Source: Macrostomum hystrix (lineage: Eukaryota; Animalia; Platyhelminthes). Taken from it: a DNA stretch of 64,000 bases. The position numbers and the translations under genes were made by a program. The DNA is taken from positions 30,256,001-30,320,000 of the forward strand of contig CATNEN010000038.1 in NCBI GenBank assembly GCA_950097015.1, given 5' to 3'. Below are positions 63,931 to 64,000 of the stretch, piece by piece. The stretch's first letter is position 1. Each line of letters begins with the position of its first letter. The notes beneath the pieces are model-generated. The model was not told the origin of the DNA, did no database searches, and was given only the letters and a program-made list of their open reading frames with translations.

Positions 63931-64000
63931 TTCAACCCTAACTGCATCCATCAATTTTTTGACATACGAGATCTCGTACAAGAGATCTAGGAAAAAAAAT

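Overview
Eukaryotic (animal, invertebrate) genomic DNA. It is rich in introns and minisatellites, and the style suggests a flatworm such as Macrostomum (inference only). Three protein-coding loci were reconstructed by hand from splice sites and reading frames. (1) A natriuretic-peptide-receptor-type membrane guanylyl cyclase on the minus strand spans at least 127..53419. One shared set of constant exons (9794-9905, 6298-6860, 5169-5911, 4565-4733, 127-288, continuing off the left edge) encodes the C-terminal ectodomain, the TM helix and the kinase-homology domain. It is preceded by four highly divergent N-terminal cassettes (V1 14398-16120, V2 22978-24615, V3 37752-38559, V4 48700-53419). Each cassette has its own ATG, signal peptide and upstream CCAAT motif(s), and each ends in a phase-1 GT donor that joins in frame to the same phase-1 acceptor at 9905. 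This variable-first-exon/constant-region design resembles the clustered protocadherin and UGT1A loci, here applied to the ligand-binding half of a hormone receptor, and is the main finding. (2) A two-exon DEG/ENaC channel gene is nested antisense (+ strand, 44001-47890) between V3 and V4. (3) A four-exon Tudor-like + BAH chromatin reader (BAHCC1/TNRC18/Winged-eye-like, about 990 aa) lies on the minus strand at 57315-61719. The rest is two tRNA-headed SINE families, an internally deleted Ty3/Gypsy element, two hAT-Charlie-type non-autonomous elements carrying a 16-bp minisatellite, and more than 20 tandem arrays that account for most of the long spurious ORFs. All gene models come from manual reading and lack transcript support.
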